64,000 bases of DNA from Nitrososphaeria archaeon (GTDB lineage Archaea > Thermoproteota > Nitrososphaeria > JACIWG01). The translations under genes and the position numbers were made by a program. Shown in pieces: positions 59,367 to 64,000 of the stretch. Numbering within the stretch: the stretch's first letter is position 1; every line of letters begins with the position of its first letter. The stretch covers positions 214,961 to 278,960 of the forward strand of contig JARVJP010000011.1 of NCBI GenBank assembly GCA_029776065.1, written 5' to 3'. Below the pieces are notes generated by a model. It made no database searches and was not told the origin of the DNA. It saw only the letters and a program-made list of their open reading frames with translations.

Positions 59367-59498
59367 TTCATTATGATTTTTAATCGACTGTTTTTTTAAG
59401 AGTTATAGAAGTCGCTACTAACGTGAGCATGTTGTCTTTATCAGGGGTTTAAAGAAGAAAAATAATAAATACCATTAAATCAGTTAAATTGAAATGAA

Positions 59499-60575
59499 AT
59501 GGAGTTAAAGGATATTTATGCCAAAAAGGTTCAATCCATAAAAGTGGAAAACAAAGTTAGTATATCTAAACTGTTATCTAAAATGGCAAAGACAGGTTAT
59601 CAAGGTAGAATGCTTGCAGAAGCCACTAATGTCGTAAATGAAATGATACGGGACAAAGACGTAACAATCTTCATGGGTTTAGCTGGCTCGATGTCTACTG
59701 CAGGGCAATGGCGTATCATAAACTGGTTTATAGAAAATAATTATGTTGACGTCTTAGTGCCAACAGGAGCTAATATTTCGGAAGATATCGTAGAGGCGAT
59801 GGGTTACAGCTACTTCCAAGGTCCACATTTGGTCGATGACAAGGAGGTTTTTGACCTAGGCCTAAACAGATACTATGACGTCTATGGAAAAGAGGATGAT
59901 TATTTAAAGATGACCGAACTCATAGCTGATTTCATTCAAACACTAGATAAGGATTACAAATACTCCTCTAGAGAGTTCCTGTACTTGTTTGGGAGATTTC
60001 TCTATAAAAAAGAAATAAAGAGTATCGTTGCAACCGCAGCAGAAAAGAAGGTTCCAATATTTTGTCCAGCAATTATAGATAGCCCATATGGAGATGCTGC
60101 CTTAATTGCAGAAAGCAATGGTTTCCATTTAACAATCGATGCGATTAAAGATTATGTTGAATTTATGAAGCTTGCAGAAGAAGTAAAGGATACAGGGGTG
60201 ATCTATATTGGTGGAGGAGTTCCAAAGGATTTCATTCAGCTTTTCGCTGTAACCGCAGATCTCTTATATAAAGATAGAATAATACCAAGTAGGAATAAGA
60301 AACCGATATATTGCAATCTAACAAATGAGAGTTACTACCCCCATAAATACGCAGTCCAAATTACAACAGATGCACCCCAATGGGGTGGATTATCAGGATG
60401 TACATTTGAAGAGGCAATATCATGGGGCAAAGAATCACTAGATGGGAAGTTCGTGCAATGTTATTGCGACGCGACAATTGCTTTACCAATAATTTCGCAT
60501 GCATTAGCAGAGACCATTAAATCAAATAGGAAACCTAAATCTTTCCGTTTGAAAAAGGACTTTTGGCCTAAATAA
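59499..60575 (+). CDS. dys: Deoxyhypusine synthase (DHS-like)
   Basis: ~358 aa. ..VPTGANISEDIVEA.. and ..VIYIGGGVPKDFIQL.. (GGGxPK catalytic-Lys region) typical of deoxyhypusine synthase. Confidence 0.7.
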   Translation: MELKDIYAKKVQSIKVENKVSISKLLSKMAKTGYQGRMLAEATNVVNEMIRDKDVTIFMGLAGSMSTAGQWRIINWFIENNYVDVLVPTGANISEDIVEAMGYSYFQGPHLVDDKEVFDLGLNRYYDVYGKEDDYLKMTELIADFIQTLDKDYKYSSREFLYLFGRFLYKKEIKSIVATAAEKKVPIFCPAIIDSPYGDAALIAESNGFHLTIDAIKDYVEFMKLAEEVKDTGVIYIGGGVPKDFIQLFAVTADLLYKDRIIPSRNKKPIYCNLTNESYYPHKYAVQITTDAPQWGGLSGCTFEEAISWGKESLDGKFVQCYCDATIALPIISHALAETIKSNRKPKSFRLKKDFWPK

Positions 60576-60756
60576 TTTAATCTTAATGCGCATTTACCAC
60601 TTATTAGAAACGTCTTAAAAGATGTTTCCACATCCTATACTTGAATAGGTTTATCATCGATTAAATATTGAGGTCGTTTGATGCTAAACCCAAGTCTTAT
60701 AAATATAAGCCTATTATGGTAATCGCTCCCAAAACCATTATCATCCAAAGATCGAC

Positions 60757-61565
60757 TTATTTTACAGTCTTTAGAGCTCTATCCCTTGTAGGTTCCATTA
60801 AAAGGTAGATAATAGAAAAAAAGAAACCTCCTTCTGATATAAGAACAACTAAAGTCCTTAGAACATCTAGCTTGTTAAATAGATAAAGAAAAATAATTGG
60901 GCCAAATAGAGCTGTTATAGAGTAAAAGACTGAAGCGAGGAGAGCTGCTGTATGAGGTCCATTAATTATTGCAACACTTCTAACGCTCTTAACTCTATCA
61001 CCTTCCATGTCAGCTATGCCTTGGGTTATTTCCCTCCCTAAGTTCGAGAAAAAACTCAAAGTAAATAGTGTAGCTACCGTAAGACCGATAGAATTCGTAG
61101 TTGACAAGAAACCAAAGATAAACGTGATAGAGACGCAATAGGCTACCATTATGTTTCCTAGTAAATCATAACCCTTATCATATAAACTGTAGAGCACTGA
61201 TAAAATAAAAGCAATGCCAATAACATCGCTAACAAGTTTATCATAATGGAAAATAAAGAACCCAATGCAAATAATGTTAAGCCAAAGTAAAGCGTCGCCT
61301 TCTTTGAAACTAAACCACATGGGATGGGCCTATTAGGTCTATTTATACGATCGATTTCAACATCTAAGTAATCATTTATTACAAAGGACGATGCAGTTAG
61401 AAAAACTGAAGTTGAAAATGGAAAGAAGCTTAATGGTAACTCAGGTAATGCCTTTAGAGGAATCACTTGACCGGCAAATGTGACCAATCCTATAAGAATG
61501 GTGCCTAACGGTCGAATCAATCGAATATAAGCAATGAACGAAGGACTATTTAAGCCATATTTCAA
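60757..61565 (-). pseudogene. UbiA-family prenyltransferase of the DGGGP-synthase type, split by a -1 frameshift in a T homopolymer (pseudogene or sequencing error)
   Basis: ORF 61158-61565 encodes the N-terminal half with motif NDYLDVEIDRINRPNRPIP. ORF 60757-61320 encodes the C-terminal half with DMEGDRVKSVRSVAI. Frames switch around 61201-61210. Adding one T restores ...LLALLLFLSVLYSLYDK.... Confidence 0.75.
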
Positions 61566-61800
61566 ACTTAAACCATTTAAATAATATTAACTTATCTATA
61601 TGTCTCTTATTAAAAACTTACAGAACGTCTTACTTATCTCCTATGATATGAGTATAAACTTGGGCGCAAGATATCAATAAGAACTTTGGTCAAATCAATA
61701 TAGTTTCGGTTGTCTAAAACATCGCTACGTTATACTTGTGAAAGCCTCTATTCTTATATCAAAAAGCTTAAAAACCTACTACAAGGAGAGATTAAATTAC

Positions 61801-62718
61801 ATGACTAGAAAAAAGTTTTTGATTTTAACCATAATCATGATAACAACTCTAACTTATACTATGGGACAAGCCTGTGCAGCACCCCTTCCATCTAAAGTGA
61901 AGGCTGGTGTGTGGATAACAAGCATAGACAAAGTAGACCTGGCTGCTGGAACTTATTCGATAGATTTTTATCTTTGGTTCATCTACGATGATGCTCCTCC
62001 TAACTTTGAATTCATCAACGGCGCACCAACTAGAATAGAGAAAACAGTCGAAAGGGAAGGTTACGTTGAATATAGGGTTAAGGCAACATTCGTCCAACAA
62101 TACGATTTCAAGAACTTCCCATTCGATACTCAAAACTTGGATATAATGATTGAAGACAAAACACAGAATATAACTTCGTTAGAATTGATCCCGGATTCTG
62201 AGCAAAGCGGTTTGGATTCACAAGCCTACGTTGTCGGATGGCAACCAAAGGAGTTTACATATCAAAGTTATGTTCACGAATACCCAGGTGAAAACTACTC
62301 CAGATTAGTCTTCACAGTGTCAATACAAAGAGAAATTTTTCCAGTCTTTATGAAAAACTTTGTCCCAATTACTTTGATCACGTTGATAAGCCTGCTATCG
62401 TTTGCAGTTAGCATACAGAACTATTCACAGAGGATATCAATAGGTATAACGACATTGTTCTCGGCAGTTGCATACCATTTGGCAACACTTGGAAGCTTAC
62501 CCCCGCTTTCATATCTAACTCTATTCGATAGAGTTATGTTAGCCATCTACTCCCTATTCCTCTATAACATAGGTGTAAGTGTGCAAGGAATGAGGCTAGT
62601 CGACAAAAAGCAAATAGACAAGGCCATTAGTTTTGAAGATAAAGCGCAAAAACTCCTACCCGTAGTTACTTTGTTCTTGATCATACTCTACACCGTACTA
62701 TTGGCGCCTTTTATATGA
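61801..62718 (+). CDS. Prokaryotic pentameric ligand-gated ion channel homolog (GLIC/ELIC-like Cys-loop receptor family); start at ATG 61801 preferred
   Basis: Signal peptide MTRKKFLILTIIMITTLTYTMGQA. Beta-rich ectodomain with FPFDTQNLDIMIE (cf. GLIC YPFDSQTLHIYL). VGWQPKEFT (cf. GLIC TGWDIESFT). Four TM helices M1-M4. Confidence 0.8.
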   Translation: MTRKKFLILTIIMITTLTYTMGQACAAPLPSKVKAGVWITSIDKVDLAAGTYSIDFYLWFIYDDAPPNFEFINGAPTRIEKTVEREGYVEYRVKATFVQQYDFKNFPFDTQNLDIMIEDKTQNITSLELIPDSEQSGLDSQAYVVGWQPKEFTYQSYVHEYPGENYSRLVFTVSIQREIFPVFMKNFVPITLITLISLLSFAVSIQNYSQRISIGITTLFSAVAYHLATLGSLPPLSYLTLFDRVMLAIYSLFLYNIGVSVQGMRLVDKKQIDKAISFEDKAQKLLPVVTLFLIILYTVLLAPFI

Positions 62719-62821
62719 GTCACTTACATATGAATGGTAAGTTAATCAAACCCCCATTCAGCAAGTATTCAACACGTTGGAAGCCGAAAGATTAATAATA
62801 ACTGCATAAAATATATCACCG

Positions 62822-63430
62822 ATGTCTGTCAAGAGGCAAGTCGTATTCTTTGAGAAACCTGGGCCAGAAAACACAATATCTGTAGTTGATGCGGTTAAGG
62901 ATAGACTTGGTCTAGGCGATTTAAGGAAAGTTATTGTACCTGTCACTACAGGTAAAACTGCTAAGATGTTCTCTGAAAGATTAGGTGACTTAGCTGACAT
63001 TGTGACCATATCTGAAAGCGAACTAATATCTATCTATAAGAAGAAAGATGTTAAACATGTAAAAGGCAGTTTCCTAGACGAATTATTGCATGAACGATTA
63101 AGAGATTTGGATAGAACTATCTCTGAAAGACTGAGGCGCGAAATCTTCGATATCGTCTTATTGCCCTTTTTCGGGGAGAAATGGGACGCAATTAAGGAGA
63201 CACTTTACATCTTTGGCCAAGGTATGAAAGTAGCTATAGAAGTATCCATAGCATCAGTTGAACTTAATAAAACAGAACCGTACCTCAAAGTGATTGCTGT
63301 AGGTGGAACAGAAAGTGGTGCCGACACAGCGGTAGTGATAAGAACCGCCCCTCAAAGACAAGCATTGGGGAAGAATAAAGAAAGACGACTCATAGTTGAA
63401 GAAATATTATGCATGCCTAGAGAGAAATAA
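62822..63430 (+). CDS. Pyruvate-kinase C-terminal (alpha/beta) domain-like protein
   Basis: ..RKVIVPVTTGKTAKMFSERLGDLADIVTIS.. resembles the PK C-terminal domain block. Confidence 0.45.
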   Translation: MSVKRQVVFFEKPGPENTISVVDAVKDRLGLGDLRKVIVPVTTGKTAKMFSERLGDLADIVTISESELISIYKKKDVKHVKGSFLDELLHERLRDLDRTISERLRREIFDIVLLPFFGEKWDAIKETLYIFGQGMKVAIEVSIASVELNKTEPYLKVIAVGGTESGADTAVVIRTAPQRQALGKNKERRLIVEEILCMPREK

Positions 63431-63544
63431 AGTTTACTTTGTGAAATTTTACAGTTAAATGCATTACACTCTAAAATGCTCGTGCTAAGACGTTACACAG
63501 CTAAGATTAAGTTTGCGAATTCATTTTCATTGAATTATCTGACA

Positions 63545-63562
63545 GAAAGTATTTAAATTAGA
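63545..63562 (+). promoter_or_regulatory. TATA-like promoter element for leaderless heliorhodopsin-like gene
   Basis: AAAGTATTTAAATTA centred ~24 nt upstream of ATG 63578. Confidence 0.35.
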
Positions 63563-63577
63563 TCTGTTTATTTTTTT

Positions 63578-64000
63578 ATGACCTTTAGGAAAAAGCAAGA
63601 AATAATTTCTAGTTCTCCAATATCATTCCGTTATTTAAGACGTCTTAACATAGCAGCAGGCTTTCTACATCTCTCCCAAGGAATAATAATGCTAATCTTA
63701 GGCTCTCTTCTGAAATGGGAGCGTAGCATATACACATTTTACCTAAATATTACTATAATTCAAGGTCCTCCCGTAAAAATAGAATTGGTTCCAAATCCAC
63801 AAGTTATTTTCACTGTGAGCTACTTAGGAGCTATAGTCGCCTCATTTCCACTAATATCTGCTATAGCCCATTTTATGATCGCTTTCGTAGTAAATGACAA
63901 GTACAATGAGAACTTGAAGAAAGGTATGAACCCTTTCCGATGGTATGAATATGCATTTTCCAGCTCTATTATGATAGTGTTGATCGCTCTATTCCTAGGG
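63578..64000 (+). CDS. Heliorhodopsin-like 7-TM protein, N-terminal ~141 aa (3'-partial, runs off window)
   Basis: Not in ORF track because no stop before window end. Translation has 3 hydrophobic helices, His31 and His98, and NPFRWYEYAFSSSIM with Glu124/Ser128. This mirrors the His23/His82/Glu108/Ser112 spacing I recall for heliorhodopsins. Confidence 0.55.
   Translation, partial: MTFRKKQEIISSSPISFRYLRRLNIAAGFLHLSQGIIMLILGSLLKWERSIYTFYLNITIIQGPPVKIELVPNPQVIFTVSYLGAIVASFPLISAIAHFMIAFVVNDKYNENLKKGMNPFRWYEYAFSSSIMIVLIALFLG

Noticed and set aside
60601-63650. Recurring TAAGACGT motif (60613, 63489; perfect palindrome TTAAGACGTCTTAA at ~63634) near the pLGIC/heliorhodopsin locus
   Set aside because: An 8-mer is expected ~2 times by chance in 64 kb on two strands. 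One copy lies inside coding sequence. Insufficient evidence for a regulatory site.
1-64000. CRISPR arrays, tRNA/rRNA genes, integrases/transposases
   Set aside because: Scanned the >100-bp intergenic gaps (6107-6283, 7632-7788, 17390-17524, 33718-33901, 43528-43820, 46057-46280, 47142-47385, 50270-50905, 60576-60756, 63431-63577) for cloverleaf-like GC-rich segments, T-loop motifs and direct repeats. None found. No ORF resembles an integrase, transposase or Cas protein.

Overview
The window reads as a low-GC (~40%) archaeal chromosomal segment, densely packed with about 70 genes on both strands. Archaeal markers are unambiguous: TFB (21867-22820), TBP (33157-33717), aSUI1 (24811-25116), an archaeal-type signal peptidase, deoxyhypusine synthase and a DGGGP-synthase-like UbiA gene. 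Several proteins, including a heliorhodopsin-like fragment at the 3' edge, suggest a Thermoplasmata-like lineage. This is inference only.

Main content:
- Two paralogous oligopeptide/dipeptide ABC transporter operons (1-4182 and 35565-41398). They differ in gene order, and their solute-binding proteins carry membrane anchors and a poly-Thr linker.
- An iron module, DtxR::FeoA fusion-FeoA-FeoB (47386-50269).
- A five-gene glycosyltransferase/HAD-phosphatase cluster with two GpgS/MpgS-like GT-A enzymes (53520-59366). It is most simply read as a glycosyl-glycerate compatible-solute pathway.
- Ordinary metabolic and housekeeping genes: trxB, nadA, pyrE, dcd, cofE-like, AlaX-M, IMPase, HpcH aldolase, HDAC/AcuC, GNAT, S2P protease, S8 subtilase, Usp and APC permease.

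Most notable observations:
1. A heliorhodopsin-like gene starts at 63578 and runs off the window end.
2. A GLIC-like pentameric ligand-gated ion channel homolog (61801-62718) sits next to it.
3. A DGGGP-synthase-family UbiA gene is split by a -1 frameshift in a T-run (60757-61565).
4. The paired GpgS-like GT-A/GT4/HAD cluster.
5. A LarA-like (DUF2088) protein lacks the cofactor-tethering Lys (30623-31768).
6. A wHTH::PD-(D/E)xK nuclease sits next to a HEPN/MNT pair (41516-43039).
7. A TTG-start QueT-like transporter has an SD-sequestering hairpin in its leader (7789-7860).
8. Several unusual fusions: alpha/beta-hydrolase::polytopic membrane domain, E1-like with a C-terminal extension, and BPL_N-like 619 aa.

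I recognised no CRISPR array, rRNA, tRNA, integrase or transposase. All calls come from reading motifs in the supplied translations. No database search was run.
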